Shown: one piece after another, positions 8,540-16,052 of the stretch
How the letters are laid out: every line of letters begins with the position of its first letter
Position numbering within the stretch: the first letter of the stretch is position 1
From: Candidatus Aenigmatarchaeota archaeon
Lineage (GTDB): Archaea > Aenigmatarchaeota > Aenigmatarchaeia > QMZP01 > QMZT01
Assembly: GCA_041489155.1 (NCBI GenBank)
Contig: JBGPQP010000016.1
Span: 1 to 19,577 of the forward strand
Direction: 5' to 3'
DNA: 19,577 bases
The notes under the pieces: model-generated
Told to the model about the DNA's origin: nothing
Database searches by the model: none
What the model saw: only the letters and a program-made list of their open reading frames with translations
Program-made: the position numbers and the translations under genes

Positions 8540-8619
8540 CAGCTACTGCGACGAAGGCCAAATATGCATGGGCGCGCGCCCGACGGCAACTGCGTGTCTA
8601 TGATGTAGGGTAAGATTAA

Positions 8620-9495
8620 ATGGTCAATATTGCGAACGGAGCGCTATTGCTCGGCGTGGTTTTCTGGGCAGCGACTTTTGTGGTCATTAAGGAAGCGGTC
8701 GAATTTGTGGACGTTTACTCTTTCATTTCCGTTCGTTTTCTCATCGCTTCTGCCATATTGAGCTTGATATTTTTCAGAAGATTCAGGAATTACGATTTAA
8801 AAGTCCTTAAGAAAGGGGTTCTAATTGGGATAATCCTGGCAGCTTCCTTTATTTTTCAGGTAACGGGAATCAAATTCACAACCGCTTCCAACGCCGCCTT
8901 TATTACAGGCTTGAGCGTGGTTCTCGTCCCGATTTTCGTATGTTCCATAGACAGGAAGTTGCCTAAAGCGATGCAAATCATGGCAGTTGTATTAGCCTTT
9001 GCAGGACTTGTTTTGTTGACACTGAGGCCCGGTTTCGGCTTCAATGCCGGAGACATGTGGACATTATTGTGTGCTGTCACGTTCGGGATACATCTTATAA
9101 TGATCAGCAGGCTGGTGAAAAAAATTGATGTACCCATGTTCGTTGTCACGCAGTTTCTGACCGTGGCGGTGATAAGCGCAGCGATAGGCCTTTTGTTTAA
9201 CGGCCAAATAGTTATTTCAGATCAGTTCGTTGTCTGGAGGGCGATACTCTTCTGCGCCATCTTCGCAAGCGCTTACATGTATACGGCGCAGGCACATTTC
9301 CAGAGGTATATAACTGAAATAAAAGCGGCAATAATATATTCTTTCGAGCCGCTGTTCGCTGCAGTGATGGCGTTCCTTTACCTAGGAGAAATGCTCACCC
9401 CGCAGGCGATAATCGGAGGGTTGTTGATCTTTATAGGTATGCTTTTATCAGAGTTGAAGCTAAAATCCAAGACTGCATTGCCAGGAGCTACCTGA
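8620..9495 (+). CDS. EamA/DMT-family drug/metabolite transporter
   Basis: About 10 TM helices in two repeats. Motifs: WAATFVVIK, RFLIA, GIKFTTASNAAFITGLSVVLVP, GDMWTLLCA, AAIIYSFEPLFA...LGE. Confidence 0.92.
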   Translation: MVNIANGALLLGVVFWAATFVVIKEAVEFVDVYSFISVRFLIASAILSLIFFRRFRNYDLKVLKKGVLIGIILAASFIFQVTGIKFTTASNAAFITGLSVVLVPIFVCSIDRKLPKAMQIMAVVLAFAGLVLLTLRPGFGFNAGDMWTLLCAVTFGIHLIMISRLVKKIDVPMFVVTQFLTVAVISAAIGLLFNGQIVISDQFVVWRAILFCAIFASAYMYTAQAHFQRYITEIKAAIIYSFEPLFAAVMAFLYLGEMLTPQAIIGGLLIFIGMLLSELKLKSKTALPGAT

Positions 9496-9499
9496 ATTC

Positions 9500-11548
9500 C
9501 TATCTCACGAACAGCACGAACTTTACGACCAGGATTATCAGAATGACGAGCACGATGAGGGCGAGCAGGATGACCCTGCCGCTGCCGCTGGCGAAGCTCA
9601 CTATCATGCCTGTCGGCACCGTGGGTTTGCCGGCTGCCGTGCCTTCTTCATTGACCGGTTCTGGCATGACACCGACTCCGATTCTGAAGAGCAGTTCCTT
9701 TTCTACGTTTGCGGACGCTGCCTTAAGCGAAGCGCTATAAACGCTCTTGTTGACGTCGAAGCCCGGTGAAGCGTAGAGATAAACTGTCGCTTCTTCCCCT
9801 GCTTTGAGGGCAAGCGAATCCTCGCTGATGTGGAACCACGCAGGGGCTTCGAGCGACAAGGCATAGTTTTCCGGCTTCTCGCCGCTGTTCTTTATCTTAG
9901 CTGCGATGGCCAGGCCCTTGCCGGCCTCCACCATGCTGACCGCGCTCTCGCTGGAGATCTCGACGTTGTAGCATTTTTCCTTGGGCTTTATTGTAATCAT
10001 GGTAACCGCTTCCTTGGAAACGTAGTCTGAACGGAGCCTGAAGGTGATGTTGTGCTGGCCGTCAGAGAAGTCCGTTTTAACCGTTGTGGAGAACATTTTC
10101 AGCTCGCCAGGGGACAGGGAAATCACGCCGATGTCATTGTTTTCAACGCCCAAAGTGTAATTCTCCGCGAACTGGCCGGTGTTCTTGAAGACTATTGTAT
10201 ACTGCAGTTCGTCACCCGCGCATATTTCCGCCTTTGCCGGGCTCACGCCGAACTCCGCCGAGTAGCAGTTCTTGACCGTCAGCTTCGCTGAATTCTGGTC
10301 AGAAATATCACCGCTTTTTGCGGCAACTGTGACTAGGGTTTCGCCCGGCTGCATTGTTTTGGTGTCAATGGAAAGCTTGATTTCCTGTACGTCGCCGGAA
10401 TCTATGCTGATCTTTTCGCTTTCAAGCGTCCCGAGGCTCGTGCGGATGTCGTAGGTATCAGCGCCCGTTCCCGTGTTTTTGACCGTGATCTTGAAATCAG
10501 CGGTCAGGCCGCCGCAGATTTCCTGCGCAGACGGCGCAACAATGATAGCGACCCCCCTGCATTCCTTCACATCCACGGCCGCGCTGGAGTTTTTCACCAG
10601 TTTGGGGTAGCCTTTCGAGCTTACAACAATGGTCAAAACTGACTTGCCCTTCGCTTCAGGATAGGCGAAAAGGCCTAGGCTCCTCTCCTCGCCCTGAAGG
10701 ATAGTGATGTTGTCCTGGCTGGGCGTTACCCAGTTCGGAACGCTTATAAGATAAACATCCTCCGACGTCCCGAGATTCTTTAGGGTGAGCACGAATTTCG
10801 AGGAACCTCCCATGCAAGCGGTCGCCTCCGCTGGTTCGAGGTTCATGCTGAAATCATAACATTTGTTCACTTTGACCTGCGTGGATGCCTCGCTTTTGGC
10901 GTAAGATGATTTTGATGCGGCTTTCACTGTTATCGTGCCGCTCTGGGCAGGTGCGTTGACATATACGACGAAGTTCTTCGTCTTTCCGGCATCTATCGAG
11001 ACTGTTTCCTTGTGAAGTTCGGCGCCCCATGACCCGGAAACAATAATTTCGAATTCCTCAGCCGCCTTGCCGTTGTTGGTGGCGCTGAAGTCGTACTGGA
11101 ACTGAGAATCAGCGCAAACTTCTATCGCCTCTTCTACCTTTATCGCTACGTTGTGGCACGTCAAAACCTCGATTTCAACGGCTTTCGTAGCTTCATCAAT
11201 GCCTGCCTTCGCTTTGACGCTCGCCTGATAGACTCCCGGCTCGACTGCCGGCGGGTTGATCCAGAACATTATCGTCTTGGTTTCCCCTGAAGCAAGGGTG
11301 GCGTCAGGCTGGATGAAGCCGTTCGAAGGCGAGGTCCAGCCCTGGGGAAGCCCGAGCGACAGCGAATACGCGTGCGTCTCATCGTCGTTGTTTGTAAGCG
11401 TAAGGTAAAGCGTTTTCGTGTCTGTTGGACACGTGGAAAATTTTTCCTCGGAAAGCGTCATCCCTATGTTGGAATATGCGCTTGCCAGCGGAACCATAAG
11501 GCTGAACAAAACCACTACGGCCAGGATACTGACGATATAATTTCGCAT
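9500..11548 (-). CDS. surface protein with about 6 tandem Ig-like (CARDB/NPCBM-associated, COG1470-like) domains and C-terminal TM anchor
   Basis: Start reassigned from 11608 to ATG 11548, which has SD GGTGGTGA at 11560-11553 and is followed by the signal peptide MRNYIVSILAVVVLFSLMVPLASA. Repeated 'ltlkNtG..edty.l' units. C-terminal TM with basic residues. Confidence 0.85.
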   Translation of the reverse strand: MRNYIVSILAVVVLFSLMVPLASAYSNIGMTLSEEKFSTCPTDTKTLYLTLTNNDDETHAYSLSLGLPQGWTSPSNGFIQPDATLASGETKTIMFWINPPAVEPGVYQASVKAKAGIDEATKAVEIEVLTCHNVAIKVEEAIEVCADSQFQYDFSATNNGKAAEEFEIIVSGSWGAELHKETVSIDAGKTKNFVVYVNAPAQSGTITVKAASKSSYAKSEASTQVKVNKCYDFSMNLEPAEATACMGGSSKFVLTLKNLGTSEDVYLISVPNWVTPSQDNITILQGEERSLGLFAYPEAKGKSVLTIVVSSKGYPKLVKNSSAAVDVKECRGVAIIVAPSAQEICGGLTADFKITVKNTGTGADTYDIRTSLGTLESEKISIDSGDVQEIKLSIDTKTMQPGETLVTVAAKSGDISDQNSAKLTVKNCYSAEFGVSPAKAEICAGDELQYTIVFKNTGQFAENYTLGVENNDIGVISLSPGELKMFSTTVKTDFSDGQHNITFRLRSDYVSKEAVTMITIKPKEKCYNVEISSESAVSMVEAGKGLAIAAKIKNSGEKPENYALSLEAPAWFHISEDSLALKAGEEATVYLYASPGFDVNKSVYSASLKAASANVEKELLFRIGVGVMPEPVNEEGTAAGKPTVPTGMIVSFASGSGRVILLALIVLVILIILVVKFVLFVR

Positions 11549-11585
11549 GACATCACCACCAAAATGGTCTGGATTAATTAATATA

Positions 11586-11604
11586 TTTATAAACTCTATG
11601 GTAG
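11586..11604 (-). promoter_or_regulatory. BRE/TATA promoter of the Ig-repeat gene
   Basis: CTACCATAGAG-TTTATAAA on the minus strand, about 40 nt upstream of ATG 11548. Confidence 0.65.
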
Positions 11605-11670
11605 TCAAATTTTAAAAACAGATATTGTTAACAGAAGAGTTTGAAATTTATCAGAAGGGTTTCAGGGCGT

Positions 11671-11787
11671 TCATGCAGAAATTTCTTCTTTTTCCCTTTC
11701 TTTCAACGTAAACAGCGTTGCATCCAACAGCTCAGCTCTAAGTCCAAGCAAAACTACGTCACCCATTGAAACGCTTCTCATTCTCAT
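11671..11787 (-). CDS. possible small protein, 38 aa (MRMRSVSMGDVVLLGLRAELLDATLFTLKEREKEEISA)
   Basis: Manual translation. Starts 13 nt after the stop of the PKD gene, on the same strand. Below the ORF-track size cutoff. No clear SD. Confidence 0.3.
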   Translation of the reverse strand: MRMRSVSMGDVVLLGLRAELLDATLFTLKEREKEEISA

Positions 11788-11800
11788 TTTTACATCGCTT

Positions 11801-14251
11801 TTATACATTTAAGAAGTCCCTGCCGAACTTAGGATAATAAGTGCCGTCATGGTATTTGACTATTTCCGCCGGCAGCATCCTGCCAATTATGCCAGCATCT
11901 GTCTCTTTCGCTGCTGTTGCGCCTGTATTCACGTTTATTGCGTTCGCAGTGCCGCCAACGCCGGTGCTGCCCTTCATCATCCGCGTGTTCTGCGCGTCGT
12001 AGTAAGCGAAAGGCTTGTGATAAGTTTTGTAGGGCGTACCGTAGACGTGGTCCTCGTACGTTTTTTTCTTGTATCTGCCGGCAAAGAAGTACAGCGCAAC
12101 GAGAACTGCCAGAATCGCGGCAAGCGCTGCTCCGACAAGCCAGTTGCCTTCCAGTGCGCTGATCATGCCTGTCAGGCCATTCTGATTATTGCTTTTGGCA
12201 CCGGCAGGAGCGACGTAAAGCTTAACCGGCTGCTCAAAGGTCTTGCTGCCTGTCGTAACCTTGACTTTGAAATTATAGTTTCCGACGCTCTTAGGAACAA
12301 TGTAAGCGTATACGGTCTGGCTGCCTTTCATCTCGATTTCATTCGGGTAGTTCGCCCAGCCCTCAGGAAGGCCTTCGACAGAGATGGCGAATTTCGCCTG
12401 GTTTGGACTGTAAATATCTATCGCTACTGTCTTGCCGGTGTTTACCTCGGTATCTATGGAAGCAGGACTTATCTTCACTGTCGTTTCTCCTGTGACAGCG
12501 CCGGTGCCTCCGCTTCCGCCGGAACCACCTGTCGGTATGAAGACGCCCGACGTGGCCGGGAAGATCGTTATCTCAGCGGTTTTGTTGAGCTTGCCGCTGC
12601 ATGAAAGATACGCCTCAACGGTCGCCTTGTGAGCGCCGACCGAAAGCGGGAATTCGAACCTCTTCACTGCGCTGTCTCCTGCGCTGAGGTGGACCGAATA
12701 CTGGTCCTTGAAAACCTTGTCAACGTAAAGCTTGAAATACAGCGTGCCTGACTGACCGCCCGTGTTTTCGATCTCGCTCTCGACCCATCCGGTACTCCCT
12801 TCTATCATGTAGGTGTTGTAATCGAACCTGCCGAACAGGATGCTGCATCCCGTTCCTTGCGTCGCCTCGCCGCTCGTACTTCTCGAGGCCGTGGCGTAAT
12901 TGTGTCCCTCGTCGTAAACCGTGACCTCGCATTTTATCGTGTCTTCGGCGTCGGCAAGAATGTCTACGTCCGTGCTCGCTTCGTCGCTGTCACCTTCGAG
13001 ATCGTGCTTGTAGGTGAACATGAGTTCGTCGTTATAATACCATTTGAACCTGACATATGAGAGATCGCCGTCATGGTCGTAAGCCTCGACGTCGCACGTG
13101 AATTTCACATAATTGTTAACCGCTTCCTTGGTGATGCTTATGTCATCTATCTGAGGCCTTTCATCATCGTCGTTTCCGTCGTTGCCGTTGCCAACGTACA
13201 CTACAACTGCTGTGCTCCATAACGATTCATTCTGCTCGTCGTCCTTCACCATAAGCCTCGCGTAATAGATGCCGTCTTGCGAGTACGCATGGTAAGCAAA
13301 AGGTGTCGAAGCAGGCTGCCACGCTGACTGCGAGCCGTCGCCGAAATCAAAAAGATACTGGGTTATGCTACCGCCGTCAGGGTCGTACGAGCCATAGCCC
13401 GAGAACTGGATGTTCTCGTCTTCTTCGGGGTAGCGGTCGTTCACGAAAAGGACCGCAACCGGCCTCTGGGTGTATGATGGTGTGGACGGTGGATAAACCG
13501 GAGGATTAACACTTCCTCCGCTGTAGCCTGAAATGACGACGGGCATCGAATCCTCGACAGTGCTCTGGCCTGCGGCGTCATAAACCTTGGCCCTGCACTT
13601 GAACAGGTCTCCTGCGCTCGCATAGCCGTAGCGCAGGGTGTCGTACGCAGTGTCGCTGGAGCCCATTATGTACTTGGCTGCTGACTTTACCAGCCTGTCG
13701 TTCCTGTACCATTCTATGACAACATAGCCAAGATTATCATCCGCGTCCGTCGCGAAGACGGAGCACGTCAAATCTTGTTGAGGGTTGGGGTGTCTTGGGG
13801 TGATATCCACGTAGGATACGCTTGGCGCAGAATTAGACACCATGTTTCCTACGCGGACAGCATGAGTTTCCCTGTCGTACGCGCCGGCAAAGTCATAGAG
13901 CTTTGCCTCGCAAACAACGTAATCATTCGCTTCCTTTGGCGATGTAAAAACATCATAAGCCGAACTGGTCGAGCCGTAAACAAGCTTGTTGGTCTGCCTG
14001 AGCAGCTGGCCGTTCCTGTACCAACTGAATTCGACGTAATCCAGATTGCCATCGACATCTGAAACGCTGACCGAGCAGGTAAGTTCCTGGTACTTCGTCG
14101 GGTTATCCGGCGTGATACCTATTGCATCGATTACAGGCGGTGTGTTCGCCACTGCAGTCACATTAGCTGGCAAAGAAATCATGACTATTGCTACCAAAGC
14201 CAAAAACATAAAACCAAGATTTTTAACCAAATTCTTCATAAAATCACCCAT
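11801..14251 (-). CDS. surface protein: signal peptide, 3 Ig-like repeats, PKD domain, CARDB-like domains, TM anchor and cytoplasmic tail
   Basis: Repeats of the form 'NxxP.i..i.ItP..P...q.LtCsV...D.DgnL.yV.f.WYrN'. PKD signature FSGYGSYDPDG..TQYLFDFGDG...HAYSQDGIY. Start is 14251 (SD GAGGT) or 14239 (SD GGTGA). Confidence 0.85.
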   Translation of the reverse strand: MGDFMKNLVKNLGFMFLALVAIVMISLPANVTAVANTPPVIDAIGITPDNPTKYQELTCSVSVSDVDGNLDYVEFSWYRNGQLLRQTNKLVYGSTSSAYDVFTSPKEANDYVVCEAKLYDFAGAYDRETHAVRVGNMVSNSAPSVSYVDITPRHPNPQQDLTCSVFATDADDNLGYVVIEWYRNDRLVKSAAKYIMGSSDTAYDTLRYGYASAGDLFKCRAKVYDAAGQSTVEDSMPVVISGYSGGSVNPPVYPPSTPSYTQRPVAVLFVNDRYPEEDENIQFSGYGSYDPDGGSITQYLFDFGDGSQSAWQPASTPFAYHAYSQDGIYYARLMVKDDEQNESLWSTAVVVYVGNGNDGNDDDERPQIDDISITKEAVNNYVKFTCDVEAYDHDGDLSYVRFKWYYNDELMFTYKHDLEGDSDEASTDVDILADAEDTIKCEVTVYDEGHNYATASRSTSGEATQGTGCSILFGRFDYNTYMIEGSTGWVESEIENTGGQSGTLYFKLYVDKVFKDQYSVHLSAGDSAVKRFEFPLSVGAHKATVEAYLSCSGKLNKTAEITIFPATSGVFIPTGGSGGSGGTGAVTGETTVKISPASIDTEVNTGKTVAIDIYSPNQAKFAISVEGLPEGWANYPNEIEMKGSQTVYAYIVPKSVGNYNFKVKVTTGSKTFEQPVKLYVAPAGAKSNNQNGLTGMISALEGNWLVGAALAAILAVLVALYFFAGRYKKKTYEDHVYGTPYKTYHKPFAYYDAQNTRMMKGSTGVGGTANAINVNTGATAAKETDAGIIGRMLPAEIVKYHDGTYYPKFGRDFLNV

Positions 14252-14255
14252 TACC

Positions 14256-14336
14256 TCAATTCTTCTCCTGCATGAGCCATATCATGAGTCTCTTTTCTAT
14301 GTCGCCGAGATTTTCAAGCATGTACAGGGGGTTCAT
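14256..14336 (-). CDS. small upstream ORF, 26 aa (MNPLYMLENLGDIEKRLMIWLMQEKN)
   Basis: Manual translation. Preceded by SD-like GAGGGTG and GATTTT. Its TGA overlaps the GAGG of the downstream gene's SD. It lies between a strong promoter and the PKD gene. Confidence 0.5.
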   Translation of the reverse strand: MNPLYMLENLGDIEKRLMIWLMQEKN

Positions 14337-14440
14337 AAAATCCACACCCTCATTCCCTTCTTTTTTATCTTTTTTAGCTTTGTTTTGAATGTTTTCCAAG
14401 TGTTTTACTATTTACAAGTGATAATTTATTGGTAAGAGGC

Positions 14441-14459
14441 TTTATAAACCTTTCGGTAG
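14441..14459 (-). promoter_or_regulatory. consensus BRE/TATA promoter
   Basis: CTACCGAAAGG-TTTATAAA on the minus strand, a textbook archaeal BRE (CGAAA) plus TATA box. Confidence 0.8.
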
Positions 14460-14484
14460 GGGGTGATGTCGCACGGTTTATAAT

Positions 14485-14874
14485 CTATCTGTAGCCCAAA
14501 CGACCGGAGAATTTGTCGGCCCCGTACAATCTTAGAAGGCGAGCAGGCGTAATGCCGCGAAATCTAACAGAATAACCTGCTTTCTCGCAACATTTTGAAA
14601 CATTCTCGATAAGGCCGCCGGATTCTTGGTGTGGCTCAAGTTTTGGACAATGAATAAAAATATCATCGGGATTCTCCGGAAGTTCTGTAGCATAAGAAGT
14701 TCCATCACGGCCTGTTTCTGGAAACCAGGCAGTTTTGGTTCCTGTCTTCCAGCCTATTACAATGTGTTCTGCAATTGGCAACTCTCCTTTTTTGCTACAA
14801 TTGGGATCAGAACCGCTGCATTTTATATAGTCCGGTTTTTTTGCAGGTCCATCAGATTTATTTTCATTACTCAT
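14485..14874 (-). CDS. hypothetical protein, 129 aa, Cys-containing orphan
   Basis: Clean ORF with GAAAATC-TTTATAAA (TATA at 14903-14896) at leaderless distance. AT-richer than its neighbours. Contains CxxxxxxC, HC and CC residues. Confidence 0.6.
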   Translation of the reverse strand: MSNENKSDGPAKKPDYIKCSGSDPNCSKKGELPIAEHIVIGWKTGTKTAWFPETGRDGTSYATELPENPDDIFIHCPKLEPHQESGGLIENVSKCCEKAGYSVRFRGITPARLLRLYGADKFSGRLGYR

Positions 14875-14953
14875 ATGTAATAAATATATTCAATATTTAT
14901 AAAGATTTTCCCTGAGTTCGGAGTCGGAAGGCAGAATGATATTCAATTTAAAG

Positions 14954-15703
14954 TCATCTGGCCTGCCTGCCTATTTCTTCCTTTATGGTTTTATCAAGGC
15001 CTTTCGGATGGTGGCGGAAGAAGTCCTCGATTTCCGTCGCCTTCCTGTGACTGTGGTGGTAATCTTTGCCTTTAGCCATCAGGCTCCTTTCGTGCAACTC
15101 GTGGATAAGTATGAACTTCCTTTCTCCCGGGTGAATGTCTTGATCGATCCATATCTCGTTATCGGGAATGAAGTGGAAGACCTTGTCATGCCCTCCTCCT
15201 CCGAAAAAAGTGTAGAACACGTCTCTCACAAGCTCGCCGTCGACTATCCACACTCTCACCTTGTCGCTGTATTTCTTCAGCAGTTTCTTGTGGATCATGC
15301 CAATAATTTCCTTCTTGTGCTCCCTCACGCTGCCCAGTTTTTTCATTATTTCGGATTTGCCTCTTTCCCTCTTTTCGGCGAGTGATGCTTTTGCTGAAGC
15401 CTCCTCGAAACTCATCCCTTTCAACATCAGCCTGTGTTCGACCAGCATGTGGTCTATGTAGTATATTATCTCGTCTTCCTTCGTCCCGTCGGCTATCCAG
15501 AACTCGTTCTTTGGTATGAATTTGAAGTTAAAATAATGTGCGTAATTCACGAAATCCTCGCAGATGTTCCTGCGGATGTACTCGCCGTCCACGAGCCATA
15601 CCTGGATTTTGGAAAGCTTGCATATTTTTTTAAGGTAAATTTTCCTGTTGCCGCTTATCCTTACCTTGCCGTTTCTGAACGCCTCGTCGAGAAAAAACCC
15701 CAC
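14954..15703 (-). CDS. hypothetical protein with two tandem homologous domains, the second with an HExxE...H metal-binding-like motif
   Basis: GTG start with SD GGTGGTG. Internal duplication VWxVDGExxR...FIPxNExWI...H..xE..LM.KG. Confidence 0.8.
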   Translation of the reverse strand: MGFFLDEAFRNGKVRISGNRKIYLKKICKLSKIQVWLVDGEYIRRNICEDFVNYAHYFNFKFIPKNEFWIADGTKEDEIIYYIDHMLVEHRLMLKGMSFEEASAKASLAEKRERGKSEIMKKLGSVREHKKEIIGMIHKKLLKKYSDKVRVWIVDGELVRDVFYTFFGGGGHDKVFHFIPDNEIWIDQDIHPGERKFILIHELHERSLMAKGKDYHHSHRKATEIEDFFRHHPKGLDKTIKEEIGRQAR

Positions 15704-15774
15704 GGGGCACCACCTTATTTAATAATTTCGCAGAGCTCGCTTAAGAATTTTAATAGGTCCGTTCAATATGTTTT

Positions 15775-16050
15775 ATGGCACAGATTTTCAGGCACAGAGG
15801 CTTCAAGATAACCAGGCGCCACACCAGAAGAACGCTTTACACCAAGAAAAAACCGCCCGTGAAGAGGGGAAGAGTATATAGGATGTACATAAGCGACGTG
15901 AGCAAGCGCGGCGACGGCGTCGGCAAAATCGACAACTTCGCGGTCTTCGTGCCCGGCGCGGAAATCGGGGAAACCGTCGACGTCAAGATAATCGAGGTCA
16001 AGAAGAACTGCGCTGTGGGGAAAAAAGTAGGCGGCGTAAAGGTAGCATGA
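15775..16050 (+). CDS. single TRAM-domain RNA-binding protein (archaeal RNA chaperone / cold-shock-like)
   Basis: PPVKRG..Y...ISDVSKRGDGVGKIDNFAVFVPGAEIGETVDVKIIEVKKNCAVG matches the archaeal stand-alone TRAM consensus. Confidence 0.92.
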   Translation: MAQIFRHRGFKITRRHTRRTLYTKKKPPVKRGRVYRMYISDVSKRGDGVGKIDNFAVFVPGAEIGETVDVKIIEVKKNCAVGKKVGGVKVA

Positions 16051-16052
16051 TT

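Noticed and set aside
11549..11608. ORF-track N-terminal extension MTTIEFINILINPDHFGGDV
   Set aside because: It overlaps the TATA box and SD. The signal peptide starts at ATG 11548.
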